64,000 nt of DNA from an uncultured Acidobacteriota bacterium (GTDB lineage Bacteria; Acidobacteriota; Terriglobia; UBA7540): NCBI GenBank assembly GCA_963804995.1, contig CAWDSK010000002.1, positions 352,001 to 416,000 of the forward strand, read 5' to 3'. Below, in pieces: positions 28,294 to 39,959 of the stretch (its first letter is position 1; each line of letters begins with the position of its first letter). A model generated the notes under the pieces. The model saw only the letters and a program-made list of their open reading frames with translations, was not told the DNA's origin and ran no database searches. Position numbers and translations under genes: made by a program.

Positions 28294-30012
28294 GTGGCTG
28301 CCAAACGATGGCAGCGTGGCGACCGCCTTCGGTCTTTGATAAATTTGTTAATTCGTGCTCTGTTGGTCATCCTCGAATCTCCTTTCACCCTGTTCGCTCC
28401 GGGCTTTTTCCTGGTGCGGCGTCTCCCCTTCGATCCCGCTGAGAAGGCCGCATGTTCAATCGGCGCTTCGATCTTTATTCTCTACCTGTACTCCTTTCTG
28501 GTTTTTGGTCTAGGACTGCCCGCGGTTTGCCACGTGTTGTTCAGCGCAGGCAGCCTTATGGTCGCTTGGCGCTGCCGAAGGGACTTGCGCACTCTTTTCT
28601 CCTCGCCGGAAGTGCAACGTCTCTTCCTCAGCTTCCTTGTCCTGCTGATTTGGACAGCCGCGGCCCTGGAACTGGTTCGGAACTATTCCGGCGGCGATTG
28701 GGGGGGCGACTGGTACGAGCACTACCATCGGGCCCTGTTTTTTGCGCAGCCCCTTCCGCTCAACACCATCTTTCTTGACGGGTACCTGCTCCCGGCCCGC
28801 CCCCCCATCTTCAACCTGGTAAGCGCGCACTTTATGGTCGAGCTGGGCAACGAGTACCCGATTTACCAAGTCGCCGCGATGCTGCTGAATCTGACTGTGT
28901 TCTTCCCTGCCAGCCTTTTCTTCCGCAGGCTGGCGCCCCAAGCCGCGACTGGACCGCTTCCGCTCGCCATCGTGATGGGTCTCAATCCCTCGGTAATGCA
29001 GAACGCGACCTATACCTGGAGCAAGCTGCTGACCGTCTTCTTCGTGTTGCTGGGGGTTTGGCTTTATTGCCGTTTCCTTGAGAAAGGTGAAACGCTCACA
29101 CTCTACCTCGCCTTTGCCGCCCTCTCCATCGGGCTCCTCACGCACTACTCGGCGGGGCCTTACATGATTCTTGTGGGGACTCATTATCTCTGGCGCCACC
29201 TTCGCCAACCCCGCTGGAAAGAGATGGCCGGGCTCCTCACGTTGAATGTGCTCATCCTCTCCACGTGGTTCGGCTGGTCAATCGCTCATTATGGTACTCA
29301 GGTTAATTTGGACTCGAACGCTTCCGTGGCAAAGGAAGCGCGACGCAGCCCGGCTGAGACCTTACCGATGATCGCGGGGAACCTCCGCGACACGCTGCTG
29401 CCACCCTTCACGCGCGCCAATGACCCGGGGAGGGGCCTAAAATTCTCAGTGCCGGCCCTGCGTGATTATTCCTTCATGCTTTACCAAAGCAATTTCTTTC
29501 TCGCGCTGGGATCGGCCGGGTGGCTGATTGCGATCCTACAGGTATTCAAGCTGGCACGGCGCGCCGTCGACAAGACCTTGCTCCACTTCTGGGCCTGGTT
29601 TGTGCCCGGGGCGGTGGTCCTTGGAATCGGCGTGGTGGGGGAGCGGCATACCTGGGGCCTTGTGCACTTGGACCTCCAGCCGGTGATCCTGCTGGGCCTG
29701 GTTGTGATCGCCGCCGCTTGGCCGACGATTTCGAAACCACTCCGCGTCTTGATGATCCTGGGGCTCGGTTGCGATTTTGCACTGGGCGTGGCTCTCCATT
29801 TTGCCTACGAGCACTGGTTGTTGCCCTTGCTGTTTGTTAACACGGTCGGTAATTTCAACTGGGGATTTAAACAAGAGCACCAACTGGCTTTTGTCGGCGA
29901 CTACTGGCCATCCCCTCTGTTCGTGGCTGAAGCCCTCCTGTTGTGCCTCGTCTTCTACCGGCTTTACCACGACCGCCGGGACTTGGATTCCACTGAAGAA
30001 TCAGCCGGTTAG
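28294..30012 (+). CDS. Polytopic membrane protein (GT-C/ArnT-like glycosyltransferase candidate)
   Basis: Many TM segments; GGDWYEH and RPP motifs; start uncertain. Confidence 0.65.
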   Translation: MAAKRWQRGDRLRSLINLLIRALLVILESPFTLFAPGFFLVRRLPFDPAEKAACSIGASIFILYLYSFLVFGLGLPAVCHVLFSAGSLMVAWRCRRDLRTLFSSPEVQRLFLSFLVLLIWTAAALELVRNYSGGDWGGDWYEHYHRALFFAQPLPLNTIFLDGYLLPARPPIFNLVSAHFMVELGNEYPIYQVAAMLLNLTVFFPASLFFRRLAPQAATGPLPLAIVMGLNPSVMQNATYTWSKLLTVFFVLLGVWLYCRFLEKGETLTLYLAFAALSIGLLTHYSAGPYMILVGTHYLWRHLRQPRWKEMAGLLTLNVLILSTWFGWSIAHYGTQVNLDSNASVAKEARRSPAETLPMIAGNLRDTLLPPFTRANDPGRGLKFSVPALRDYSFMLYQSNFFLALGSAGWLIAILQVFKLARRAVDKTLLHFWAWFVPGAVVLGIGVVGERHTWGLVHLDLQPVILLGLVVIAAAWPTISKPLRVLMILGLGCDFALGVALHFAYEHWLLPLLFVNTVGNFNWGFKQEHQLAFVGDYWPSPLFVAEALLLCLVFYRLYHDRRDLDSTEESAG

Positions 30013-30232
30013 GAAACCTGCTCTGCAGGGATGTGAGAAAACTCACCGTGGTTCGAGGTTGGTGATCTGACCTAACGTTCTCACTCATTTAAGCCGATAA
30101 AGGATAAGGGTGGAACTGGGTTGATTGAAGTTGGATCCAGCAGAAGCACCCAAGTGCCTTGAAGGGGCACAACACCATGGTGAGCACCACGGAACCGGTG
30201 TGGAAATTGTGCCTGCGGATGAGGCTGAGCTG

Positions 30233-33200
30233 ATGCCTCTAGCGCGCCTATTAACCGATCGCCAGCGGCGTTGGTTCGCCCTGCTTGGGCTGCTGCTCGT
30301 CTGCCCACTTTCCATAGCCTTAGGCGGGGATAGCTCCAGCCGTGACTTAAGCCCTCCGCCCCTGACAAGAATTGAGCAACTCCGGGAACTCACCCGGCAG
30401 CAGGCCGCTTTAGCGCCTGAAGTTTGCTTCCACGGCGTCGTGACTTATTACGACCCGGGCAACCTCGATCTCTTTGTCCAGGATTCGACGGCGGGGACTT
30501 GGGTGAGTATCGAGGGGGTGCCGAAGTTTGACTTGAAGGTGGGTGACTGGGTGGAGCTGCGGGGCGTAGGTCAGTGGCTCGACTTCGCTCCAGAGGTTGG
30601 AAAGCCCCGCATCCGAGTCCTAGGCCGGGCCCTATTGCCCCCCGCACCGCCGACCTCCTTCAACCAGCTTACTTCGACCAGCACCAACAGTCGGCGCGTC
30701 CAGGTGGAAGGGACCGTACTCGATGTGATCAAGCAAGGGGACCTGCTGCGGCTGACTCTCGAGGTGGACGGCGGGACTGTCAACGTTCCGATTTCCTTTG
30801 CTCCAGGTCCGATTCCCGCCAATCTTGTCGATGCCAAGGTGCGCATTCAAGGGGTGTGCGGGGCGACGTCCAACAAGAAGAATCAGTTAATTGCGGTACG
30901 AGTATGTCTCCCCAGCCTGGCGGACCTGCAGGTGATTGAGGAAGGCCCCGGAGACCCCTTCGCAGGGCCGGTCCATAGCATATCCAGCATTCTCTGCTTC
31001 GTTCCCAAAAAGGAGCCGGGCCGTACCAAGGTGCGAGGTGTCGTGACGCTTCAGCAAGTCGGGCGGGGCCTCTTTATTCAGAACGGAAACGATGGACTTT
31101 ATGTTGAAAGCAAGCAGAGAACCCCTCTCCAAGTCGGGGACTACGTTGAAGTCGCGGGATTCCCGAGCGTGAGGCAGGGGCTATCACCCATCTTGCGACA
31201 CGCCATCTTTCGTAGTTTGGGAAGTCGTGCCCAAATATCTCCTCGCCCCATCGTCGCCCTGCAAGCGCTCCAAGGAGAGCATGATTCCGAACTGGTGCGA
31301 ATCAACGGTCGCTTGCTGCACGAAGCGGAGTTTCATGGCGAACGGGTTCTTACTTTGGAGGCCGACTCCTCGACCTTCGAAGTTGATCTCAGGGCCCAGG
31401 GTCGGAGCCCAGGTTTACCGCCTCCGGAAATCGGCAGTCTCCTCGAAGTAACAGGCGTCTGCTCTATCCAGGCCAATGAGCAAGCGGACCCCCTTGGCTT
31501 CCGGATTACTCTCCGCTCCGCGCAGGACATCGTGGTCCTCCGCACCCCGTCCTGGTGGACCACCGAGCGAACCTTGAGCGTCCTGGGCCTGACGATCCTA
31601 GCCGGCTTGTTGTCCCTAGTTTGGGTCTACGTCTTGCGGCGCCGCGTGCATCAACAAACGGAGATCATTCGGCTCCGGCTGGAGAGCGAAGCCGCCCTGG
31701 AACAGCGTTTGCAGTATGTCGTCCGCGCCACCAACGACGCCATCTGGGAAGTAGATCTCTTCACCGACCAGGTCTGGTTCGGCGAGCAATTTTATACGAT
31801 TTTTGGATACTTGCCGGGAGAGGTCGAACTCACCACCGCCTGGTGGTACGGCCAGATCCATGCCGAGGATCGCGCCAGAGTCCAGGCCAGCGTACGGTCA
31901 GTCGTCGAAGGCGGCGAGAGTCTCTGGTCAAGCGAATACCGTCACCGCCGGGGGGATGGCTCTTACGCCTACGTGTACGACCGGGGTTATGTAGTGCGTG
32001 ACGCGGCAGGCAAAGCCTTGCGCTTGACCGGCGCCATGATGGACCTTAGCGACCGCAAACGCGCCGAGAAAGAATTGGAATGGGCGAAAGACGCCGCCGA
32101 AGCCGCCAGCCGCGCCAAGAGCGAGTTCGTGGCCAATATGAGCCATGAGATCCGAACCCCCATGAATGGCATCGTCGGGATGACGGAACTGGTGCTCGAG
32201 ACGGAACTCACCCCGCAGCAGCGGGAACACCTTGGCATGGTCAAGGCTTGCGCGGAGTCCCTGCTCGATATCATCAATGACATCCTCGACTTTTCCAAGA
32301 TCGAGGCGGGCAAGCTGGACCTCCAAGCCCTGCAGTTCGACGTGCGCGACACGGTGGAATCCACGGTGAAGTTTCTGGAGATGCGGGCGAGTGAGAAAGG
32401 TCTGGAACTCGAGAGCCATGTTGAAGCTACCGTTCCCCAGACGTTGCTGGGTGACCCGGGCCGCCTCCGTCAAATTCTCATCAACCTGACGGGTAACGCC
32501 GTCAAGTTTACCGAGCAGGGCAAGGTTATCGTCCGGCTTGAGTGCGAACCCCCGGACGGAACATTCATAGTCCTCCACTTCAGTGTTAAGGATCCGGGGA
32601 TCGGCATCCCGCGCGAAAAGCATGAAACTATCTTCGACGCTTTTACCCAAGCAGACGGTTCGACCGCTCGTCGCCACGGCGGCACAGGTCTGGGGCTGAC
32701 CATTTCCAAGCGTCTGGTTGAACTGATGGGCGGACGCATCTGGGTGGAAAGCGAACCGGGTCAGGGCAGCACTTTCCACTTTACGGCCAGACTAAAGGCA
32801 GGGAAACCAGCGCGGCTATCTCCACCCACTTCGCTGGACCACAAAAACTTGCCTGCGCCGACGGCGGAGGAAAGAAAGCTGCGCGTGATGTTAGTGGAAG
32901 ACAATCCCGTAAATCAGACGCTGGCTTTGCGCTTGCTTGAGAAACACGGGCACCAGGTGACCGTGGTGGGTGATGGGCGCAAGGCCTTGGCCACCATGGG
33001 CCGGGACAGGTTTGATATTGTCCTGATGGACGTCCAGATGCCTGAGATGGACGGGTTCGAAGCGACCGCCGTGATCCGGGAAAGAGAACAATCAATCGGC
33101 GGGCACCTGCCCATTATTGCCATGACCGCCCACGCCATGAAAGGTGACCGGGAGCGGTGCCTTTCCGCCGGCATGGACGGATATGTATCGAAGCCAATCC

Positions 33201-33274
33201 GCATCCAGGAATTGTTCATGGTCATTGACGATGTGCTGAGTCGGGACCCGCACCTTCCGTTAGGGGAAATGTGA
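30233..33274 (+). CDS. Hybrid sensor kinase (periplasmic repeats, PAS, HisKA, HATPase, REC)
   Basis: ANMSHEIRTPMNG, DFSKIEAG, GGTGLGL, VEDNPVN, MDVQMPEMDG. Confidence 0.92.
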   Translation: MPLARLLTDRQRRWFALLGLLLVCPLSIALGGDSSSRDLSPPPLTRIEQLRELTRQQAALAPEVCFHGVVTYYDPGNLDLFVQDSTAGTWVSIEGVPKFDLKVGDWVELRGVGQWLDFAPEVGKPRIRVLGRALLPPAPPTSFNQLTSTSTNSRRVQVEGTVLDVIKQGDLLRLTLEVDGGTVNVPISFAPGPIPANLVDAKVRIQGVCGATSNKKNQLIAVRVCLPSLADLQVIEEGPGDPFAGPVHSISSILCFVPKKEPGRTKVRGVVTLQQVGRGLFIQNGNDGLYVESKQRTPLQVGDYVEVAGFPSVRQGLSPILRHAIFRSLGSRAQISPRPIVALQALQGEHDSELVRINGRLLHEAEFHGERVLTLEADSSTFEVDLRAQGRSPGLPPPEIGSLLEVTGVCSIQANEQADPLGFRITLRSAQDIVVLRTPSWWTTERTLSVLGLTILAGLLSLVWVYVLRRRVHQQTEIIRLRLESEAALEQRLQYVVRATNDAIWEVDLFTDQVWFGEQFYTIFGYLPGEVELTTAWWYGQIHAEDRARVQASVRSVVEGGESLWSSEYRHRRGDGSYAYVYDRGYVVRDAAGKALRLTGAMMDLSDRKRAEKELEWAKDAAEAASRAKSEFVANMSHEIRTPMNGIVGMTELVLETELTPQQREHLGMVKACAESLLDIINDILDFSKIEAGKLDLQALQFDVRDTVESTVKFLEMRASEKGLELESHVEATVPQTLLGDPGRLRQILINLTGNAVKFTEQGKVIVRLECEPPDGTFIVLHFSVKDPGIGIPREKHETIFDAFTQADGSTARRHGGTGLGLTISKRLVELMGGRIWVESEPGQGSTFHFTARLKAGKPARLSPPTSLDHKNLPAPTAEERKLRVMLVEDNPVNQTLALRLLEKHGHQVTVVGDGRKALATMGRDRFDIVLMDVQMPEMDGFEATAVIREREQSIGGHLPIIAMTAHAMKGDRERCLSAGMDGYVSKPIRIQELFMVIDDVLSRDPHLPLGEM

Positions 33275-33335
33275 CCGTGGCTCCCGTAACACCGTATCGC
33301 CAAGCCGGAATGGATTGTTCTTATACTAAATAGCC

Positions 33336-34302
33336 TCAGTACCCGGCGTGCTTGTCGACGATGTTTTCGAGCGGCTGTCCCTTCACAAATCTCTCCAGAT
33401 TCTCGAGGAAGAATTGCAAGGACAGGGCTTGCCAGTCGGGAGTGTGGTCCGCGATATGAGGAGAAAGCAGAAGGTTATCCAGTCCGTAAAAAGCGTGACC
33501 GGCCGGCAGCGGCTCGGTCTCAAAGACGTCCAATGCCGCACCCCGGATGCGATTTCCCTCCAGCGCCCGGACCAGTGCGGCCTCGTCAATGGACCAACCC
33601 CTGCCCACATTAATCAGAACCGCTTCGCGCTTCATGGCGTTGATCTCAGCCTCACCGATCAACTTGCGAGTCTGGCGCGTGGCGGGGGCAGCCAGCACTA
33701 CATAATCCGAGAGCGCCAGCAATTCGAGAAGGCGATCCGCGCCGAAGACGCGGTCCAGCAGCCGGTCGCCCGCGGAAAGCTCCGGCCGCCGCCGCAGGCC
33801 GATCAGGGTCATTCCGAAGGGTTCGAGCCAGTTTCGCACAGGCGCGGCCGGTCTCACCGTAGCCGATAATCCCCATCACCTTGCCGCCAATTTCCTCCAC
33901 GTCGTACCGCTCCCACACCCGCGCTTCCTGGTTGCGCAACATGCGCCGTAAATCCTTGGCGAAGTACAGCGCGCTGGTAATCACAAACTCAGCCAGGGAT
34001 TCCTTGAACACGCCCCGCGCGTTAGTCATCACTACGGGACTTCGAACCACATCCGGGATGAGGTACGATTCGACGCCGGCCGAGAACGAATGCAACCAGC
34101 GCAGGCGAGTCGCCTTGGGGAAGACGGCTTCCAGCAGCTTCACATCCGCGGCAATCATGATGACATCGGCTTTGGGGGCCACCTCTTGCAAGACGTCCAA
34201 CTGATCGCTGATGGTAACGTGCAGCGATTCCGGCAGGCGCCGCAGGGGTTCGAGGTAGTTACCTTGGGGGTTGTCGATCACCAGCACTGTAGTCTCGGCC
34301 AT
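33336..34302 (-). CDS. D-2-hydroxyacid dehydrogenase, split by a +1 frameshift at ~33821-33827
   Basis: TNARG, GIIGYGETG, INVGRG, LDVFETEPLP, SPH across two frames. Confidence 0.85.
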
Positions 34303-34386
34303 AGGTTCTCAATCCTCATCGTCCCAGGAGGATCAGATTGGGACTACGCAAGTTTTGGATTTTGGGCCACAAGGGTAGCTCGCCGG

Positions 34387-35709
34387 TCAACCCTGGCCCA
34401 TCTCGGGAACCGGTTCAGTCACGATGCGGTGTGTAGCGTCAATGCCGAACCAGAGGGCCGCGGCGCCCACCGAAAAGACACTCGCCACACCAAAGGCAAC
34501 CGGCCAACCGAAGTGGCCGGCAATCCAGGGAGTCAGGATGGTTGAGAAGAATCCTCCCAGATTACTCCCGGTATTCAGAAAGCCGGTGGCAGCCCCGGCG
34601 CTGGCGCCGCTCATTTCTGCCATGCTTGCCCAGGTGGGTCCTTCCGCGGCCAAGGTCAGGGCTGCGCCCAGCGAGAGGATGACCACGGCAGCCTTGGGCC
34701 CCGGCACAATCCCTCCGAAGTAGACGAGCACGGCCGCGACGAGGAGCGTCACAATGGGAACAATGCGGCGGCCTTGACGGCGGCCGAACCGCAGGCTGAG
34801 GCGGTCACTGATGCCGCCGGCCAAAGGTGTGGTGATCGTGGCGACAATAAACGGAATCGAGGCCAGTATGCCACTCCCCAAGACGCTGAACTTTCGAATC
34901 TCCACAAGATAGTAATAGACCCACCAGATGAACATATAGCTGGCGTAAGATTCGGCGCCATAGGCGAGCGTCAGCTTCCAGGCTTGCATGCTCTTGAGGA
35001 TCAGCTTCAGGTCCGGGCCAGTCGGTTTCTGTGCACTGTCCGTTACTGGGTCGCTGCGGATAAATGCCAGCTCAGCCGCGTTGACGCCGCGATGCTGCTC
35101 CGGGCGGTCCTTGCCGTAGGCCATCCAAATCAACACCAGGGTAGGAGCCATGAGGGAAGTCACCATCATGGCATTCCGCCAACCCAGTTTGACCATGAGA
35201 TAGGAAATCAAAGGTGCGGTGACCGCGGTTCCCAACAGTCCTCCGGTTTGAACCCAGCCGTTCGCGAAGGCTCTTTCGGAGTTTGGAAACCAAAAGGAAA
35301 TTGCTTTGGCGCCCCCCGGAAAGGTGGGGCTTTGAGCAGCTCCCAAGATGGTGCGCAACGCCATCAGGCAAATAATGATGCCCACGGTGGACGTAAACAC
35401 CAGGTTGGGTGTAAGGGCTTGGCCAAAAGCCAGCACGGCCCAAATCAAAGCCGAAACGGACAGGATGAAGCGAGGACCATAACGGTCCAGGAACATGCCC
35501 GCCGGGGTCATGAAAACTGTGTAGCTGACCAGGAAGGAGGAAAATACCCAACCCAATTGCACCGGGGTGAGGTGGGTTTCCTGCATCAGGGGATGTTCGG
35601 CAATCGTAATATTGACTCGCAATACGTAGGCAGTAACGCTGAAGCCCACGAGGAGGATCAGGATCTTCCAGCGTACGCGTGAAGGATGCTCAGAGGATAT
35701 GGGGTTCAT
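34387..35709 (-). CDS. MFS transporter (ACS/hexuronate-like)
   Basis: About 12 TM; G.FLDRYGPR, WFP.SERA.ANG, GG.SDRL. Confidence 0.9.
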   Translation of the reverse strand: MNPISSEHPSRVRWKILILLVGFSVTAYVLRVNITIAEHPLMQETHLTPVQLGWVFSSFLVSYTVFMTPAGMFLDRYGPRFILSVSALIWAVLAFGQALTPNLVFTSTVGIIICLMALRTILGAAQSPTFPGGAKAISFWFPNSERAFANGWVQTGGLLGTAVTAPLISYLMVKLGWRNAMMVTSLMAPTLVLIWMAYGKDRPEQHRGVNAAELAFIRSDPVTDSAQKPTGPDLKLILKSMQAWKLTLAYGAESYASYMFIWWVYYYLVEIRKFSVLGSGILASIPFIVATITTPLAGGISDRLSLRFGRRQGRRIVPIVTLLVAAVLVYFGGIVPGPKAAVVILSLGAALTLAAEGPTWASMAEMSGASAGAATGFLNTGSNLGGFFSTILTPWIAGHFGWPVAFGVASVFSVGAAALWFGIDATHRIVTEPVPEMGQG

Positions 35710-36016
35710 GGGGTTTAAGCAAACTCCTGGCGCAAGGTGGAGGCTGCCGGAATTCCGCATCAGGCTTGCTCACCTTGTCAGCCTCACCGCTTTCCAATCT
35801 GCCGCAAGATTTCGAGATTTCGTCGTTAACTGCCCTGACCTAGTGGCCAGTGGAATCATACGGTATCAACGCGCAAGTTGCCAATGAGTTTGGTGGTGGT
35901 TCAGTATGATTTTGTAGCGGCGAGTTTACCTCGCCATGTGGCGGCGTCCCGATCAGATCAGGATGAAAGCCGCCGCCATCTGTACCACTACCGTGAGTTT
36001 TCCGTCACAAGACGCG

Positions 36017-36574
36017 TCAGGGCTTTCTGAGCAGGGCAGCGTGGCTGCGCCGAACCACCGGACGATCTGCCAACTCGAATCCAGCCTTGACCGCTGCCTG
36101 CAACTCGACTTCGAAATCCGCCGGCTTCACGTGCCCTGCTGGTTCGGCAAATAGCAAGGTGGCGCCGGGCTTCGAGGCCTGGGCGACCTCGCTGAAGAAG
36201 CGCTCAATCGCGGGAATCTCATGCACCAGGGCAAAGGCGAGAGTAAAGTCCACGCTTCCCGCAAGGTCGGCCAAGCCCAGGGAATCGGGCGCGGCCACAC
36301 GGGCGTCCACTCGCTCCCGCAACCCAGCGCGGGCCACGCGACGTTTGAGCGCAGCGATCATCTTGGACTGGATATCCACGGCCACCACGCGGCCAGAGGG
36401 TCCGACCCGGCGCGCCAGTTCAAGCGTAAAGAAGCCCATGCCAGGACCCGGCTCAAGCACCGTCATGCCTTCGTGAACGTAAGGGGCCACAGGCTCGCGC
36501 GGATCTTGCAGCAGGCGGCGTATGGGGCTGGCCAGCAAGTAGCCTAACCACCAGGGACAAACTCGATGTGACAT
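36017..36574 (-). CDS. Class I SAM-dependent methyltransferase
   Basis: MSHRVCPWW, VLEPGPGMGFFT, V.AVDIQ; ATG at 36574 after GGAGG. Confidence 0.88.
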   Translation of the reverse strand: MSHRVCPWWLGYLLASPIRRLLQDPREPVAPYVHEGMTVLEPGPGMGFFTLELARRVGPSGRVVAVDIQSKMIAALKRRVARAGLRERVDARVAAPDSLGLADLAGSVDFTLAFALVHEIPAIERFFSEVAQASKPGATLLFAEPAGHVKPADFEVELQAAVKAGFELADRPVVRRSHAALLRKP

Positions 36575-36720
36575 TTTCCTCCACCTTTCCGCCGAGGGCG
36601 GTCGAAAGAGATCTGGTGAATGATCGCCAAGCCGAGCGCCGCCTAAATGGCTCGCAACTGCGGCCTGCCGTTTCGAAGCGGTAGTCGGCGTTGGCACTAG
36701 AGCCGCCGCTCGGAGCGTGG

Positions 36721-38121
36721 CTACGCGTGCCGTCTGCTGCGCCAAACTGCATAAGCCAGCGAAAGCGTGGCAAGCCAGGGAACTCCGCTGAGCAAGGTTA
36801 TGCGCATGCCGGGTGTAAACCAAGTGGATACGGTTACCAAAACCAGTCCTGCCAGCGCCAGCCCATTCAGCCACGGGAAGCCGGGCATCCAAAACGCCGC
36901 CTTGTCGCCCCGGTGCGAGCGGCGGAACCGCAGGTGGGTGAGGAGAATCATCATCCACACAAAGAGGCCCGTAAACAGCGAGATTCCCACCAGAGCCAGG
37001 TAAGCCCCTTGAGGAAAATATATTTCCGCGAGGACGGCCAGGAGCATGCCGCCGCCGGAGGTGGCTAGTGCATAAATGGGAATACCTCGGCGCGTGGTGC
37101 GCCCCAGGCCGGCGGGCGCATAGCCCCCACGCGCCAGCGAAAAGGCCATGCGCGCTGAAAGATAAAGCAGGGCGTTGGCGCTGGAGAGCGCGGCGCTCAG
37201 TACCACCAGGTTCATCAGTGTGGGCGCGGCGCTAAGGCCTGCGGCTTGGAAGGCGCGCACGAAGGGGCTTGCCTCCAGGCCCGCCGCACGCCAGGGCACG
37301 AGCCCCACCATAATGGCGATACCGCCGATATAGAAAAGCCCCAGGCGCCAGAAGACCGAACGCATAGCGCGGGGGATGGAGCGGCCAGGGTCGCGCGTCT
37401 CCCCGGCGGCAACCGCTACCTCCTCCACGCCGAAATAGCTGAACGTGGCGAGCGAGCTCGCCAGCAGTACGCCGCGCCAGCCGTTGGGGAGAAATCCCCC
37501 CTGCCCGGTGTAATTGCTGAGGCCACGCGCCGGGAACGGCCCCCAACCGAACAGCAACACCAGCCCGACCACAATGAATATTACGATGGTTAATACCTTT
37601 ATAAAGGCCAACCAGAATTGGAACTCACCGAAACTCGAGACGGTCCAGGCATTGGCGGCGAGCAGGACCAGGGAGAAGACCACCACCCAGATCCACCCTG
37701 GCACGCGGGGGAACCAGAAACCGCAGTAGATGGCAGCGGCGACCACCTCGCTGCCCACTGCGATACTCACTCCCAACCAGTAGGAGTAACGCATGGTGAA
37801 TCCGGCCCAGGGGTGGACGTAGATTTCCGCGTAAACGCCAAACGCGCCGGCCACGGGATGCACAACCGCCATCTCCGCTAGCGACCAGGAGATGACTAAG
37901 GCGATAAATCCCGCGAAGATATAGGAAAGAATCACGCCGGGGCCGGCCAGATGCACGGAGACGCCTGAGCCCAGGAAGAACCCGGTGCCGATTGCCCCGC
38001 CCAGCGCGATCATGCCCACCTGCCGGGGACTGAGCCGGCGCGCCAGCGTGTCCTCACGCGCCGTGACGGCATGCGGTTCGGGAGGACCCGATGATAAAGG
38101 CGGTAAAGGACGGCTTGTCAA
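36721..38121 (-). CDS. Amino acid permease (APC family)
   Basis: MIALGGAIGTGFFLGSG, FGEF.FW.A.IKV, AAGE..DP; start uncertain. Confidence 0.9.
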   Translation of the reverse strand: MTSRPLPPLSSGPPEPHAVTAREDTLARRLSPRQVGMIALGGAIGTGFFLGSGVSVHLAGPGVILSYIFAGFIALVISWSLAEMAVVHPVAGAFGVYAEIYVHPWAGFTMRYSYWLGVSIAVGSEVVAAAIYCGFWFPRVPGWIWVVVFSLVLLAANAWTVSSFGEFQFWLAFIKVLTIVIFIVVGLVLLFGWGPFPARGLSNYTGQGGFLPNGWRGVLLASSLATFSYFGVEEVAVAAGETRDPGRSIPRAMRSVFWRLGLFYIGGIAIMVGLVPWRAAGLEASPFVRAFQAAGLSAAPTLMNLVVLSAALSSANALLYLSARMAFSLARGGYAPAGLGRTTRRGIPIYALATSGGGMLLAVLAEIYFPQGAYLALVGISLFTGLFVWMMILLTHLRFRRSHRGDKAAFWMPGFPWLNGLALAGLVLVTVSTWFTPGMRITLLSGVPWLATLSLAYAVWRSRRHA

Positions 38122-38314
38122 GACCTCGCCATGGTAATGGTACGTCGACGGCTGGTCAACAGGAGGTCGCTTGGAACCGCAGGCGGAGTGCGCCGCCTGC
38201 ACAATCTGTCATCGCGCCTCGAGCCTGTCGCGACGGTTTTCCCCGTCGCTTCTAAAACTGCGTCCGACCAAATTTGTGGTGACAAATTCGCTTTAGTGAT
38301 ACAAGAGCCCCATC

Positions 38315-39802
38315 ATGCATTCACACTTCTCAGCTTTTGATTGGGTGCTGGTCATTGGCTTCCTCATTCTCTATGGCTGGTTGGGCATCGCTGCGAAAAA
38401 GCGTGCTGGTACGCTCAACGATTTTCTGGTGATGGGAAGGAAGCTGGGTCCGATTTGGGGCGTCGCCACGCTCTCCGCGACGGAGACGGGCCTGGTAACC
38501 CTGATCTACTTTGCCGAGGAAGCCTACCTCAGCGGCTTCGTGGCCATAATCCTGGCCGGCATCGCGGCCCTTACCATGTGGATGGTCGGGTGGACCGGCT
38601 TCGTCATCAGGAAGCTGCGCGAACTGCGCGTGCGCACCGTGCCGGAGTACCTGGAGACTCGCTTCAATATCAAGGTCCGGTGGATCGCCGGCCTGGCTTC
38701 CTTTGTGGTCGGCATTCTGAACCTGGGAATCTTCCTCCAGGTGGAGGGAGCTTTTCTCACCGTAATCATGGGCCTGCGACCAAGCTTCCTGCCGTTGATG
38801 ATGGGCATCCTCCTGGCCGTGGTGCTGGCTTACACGGCGCTCGGCGGCATGTTCTCCGTGGTGTACACCGACATCGCGCAATTCGTTCTGGTCGTGGTGG
38901 GAGTCACCGTTGCGTCATTCCTGATCATCCGCGCCGCAGGAGGCTGGGGCCACATGGCCGCGGTGGTGATGACGCGCTACGGAAGCGGCGGTTTCACTTT
39001 CTGGGATTCGCCTCGCTACGGGATTCTCTTCCTGGTCTGGTCAGCCCTTTACTACCTGGCAGGGTGGAGTTCCTGGCAACCGGTGGTGGCGCGCGTACTC
39101 AGCATGCGGGATATCGAGACCGGCCTGCATCTGTACAGGCTCAGCAGCGTGTTCATGTTCCTGCGCGCCGCGGTGCCGATGGTCTGGGGCATCGGGGCGC
39201 TGGTCATCGTAGGAACCGTCACGCCTTCGAGCGCCGCGCTACAAACCGTAATGGTCCGCATCCTGCCCGCGGGATTGATTGGCCTCACCACCGTCGCCTT
39301 CGTCTCCGCGACCATGTCCACGTTCTCGAGCTATTTTCTCGCCTTCAGTTCCATCCTGCTCCAGGATGTGATTGCGCCGCTGCTCCGCAAACCTCCTTCT
39401 GACGCTGTGCGCTTGAAGCTGATGCAACTCTGCACGGTGGGGATGGGTGTAGTCATTTACATCTGGGCTTCCTTCTATCACTTTCCGGAATCCGTGTTCC
39501 GTTACCTTACCGTGACGGGTTCCATTTCCTTCGCGGCCACACTGACCACACTCGTGGGAGGAATTTATTGGAAGAGGGCAAGCGTGTGGGGCGCGTACTT
39601 CGCTTTCGTGGGAAGCACGATCTTCCCCGCCATCTGCCTGGCGCGGCCTTCCTTTTCACCTACCGTGGCGGGGTTGCTCAGCTTCGGGCTGGCGCCACTC
39701 GGCATGATCCTGGGCTCGCTGGCTTACCCCAACCGCCGCGCCGGGGAAGGTGTCCGCGTACACCTGGACCAGGTTTCCCAGGAGGCCGGAACATTCTCGT
39801 AG
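38315..39802 (+). CDS. Sodium:solute symporter family protein
   Basis: DF.V.GR.L, T.PEYLE.RF, YT.LGG..SVV.TD..QF, SA.MST. Confidence 0.9.
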   Translation: MHSHFSAFDWVLVIGFLILYGWLGIAAKKRAGTLNDFLVMGRKLGPIWGVATLSATETGLVTLIYFAEEAYLSGFVAIILAGIAALTMWMVGWTGFVIRKLRELRVRTVPEYLETRFNIKVRWIAGLASFVVGILNLGIFLQVEGAFLTVIMGLRPSFLPLMMGILLAVVLAYTALGGMFSVVYTDIAQFVLVVVGVTVASFLIIRAAGGWGHMAAVVMTRYGSGGFTFWDSPRYGILFLVWSALYYLAGWSSWQPVVARVLSMRDIETGLHLYRLSSVFMFLRAAVPMVWGIGALVIVGTVTPSSAALQTVMVRILPAGLIGLTTVAFVSATMSTFSSYFLAFSSILLQDVIAPLLRKPPSDAVRLKLMQLCTVGMGVVIYIWASFYHFPESVFRYLTVTGSISFAATLTTLVGGIYWKRASVWGAYFAFVGSTIFPAICLARPSFSPTVAGLLSFGLAPLGMILGSLAYPNRRAGEGVRVHLDQVSQEAGTFS

Positions 39803-39959
39803 AGAAATCGGAAAGGCGGAGCTAAAGATTCTTTGTGAAAACTTGGAATCGTAGCGGCTGGTTTGTTGCAGGGGCGCTTCCCGATCAGATCGGGACAGGT
39901 CGCGAAGCGCCCCTGTTGGTTTTTCCCCAGCCCCTAGTCCCAAGCCCCCAGCACCTGCT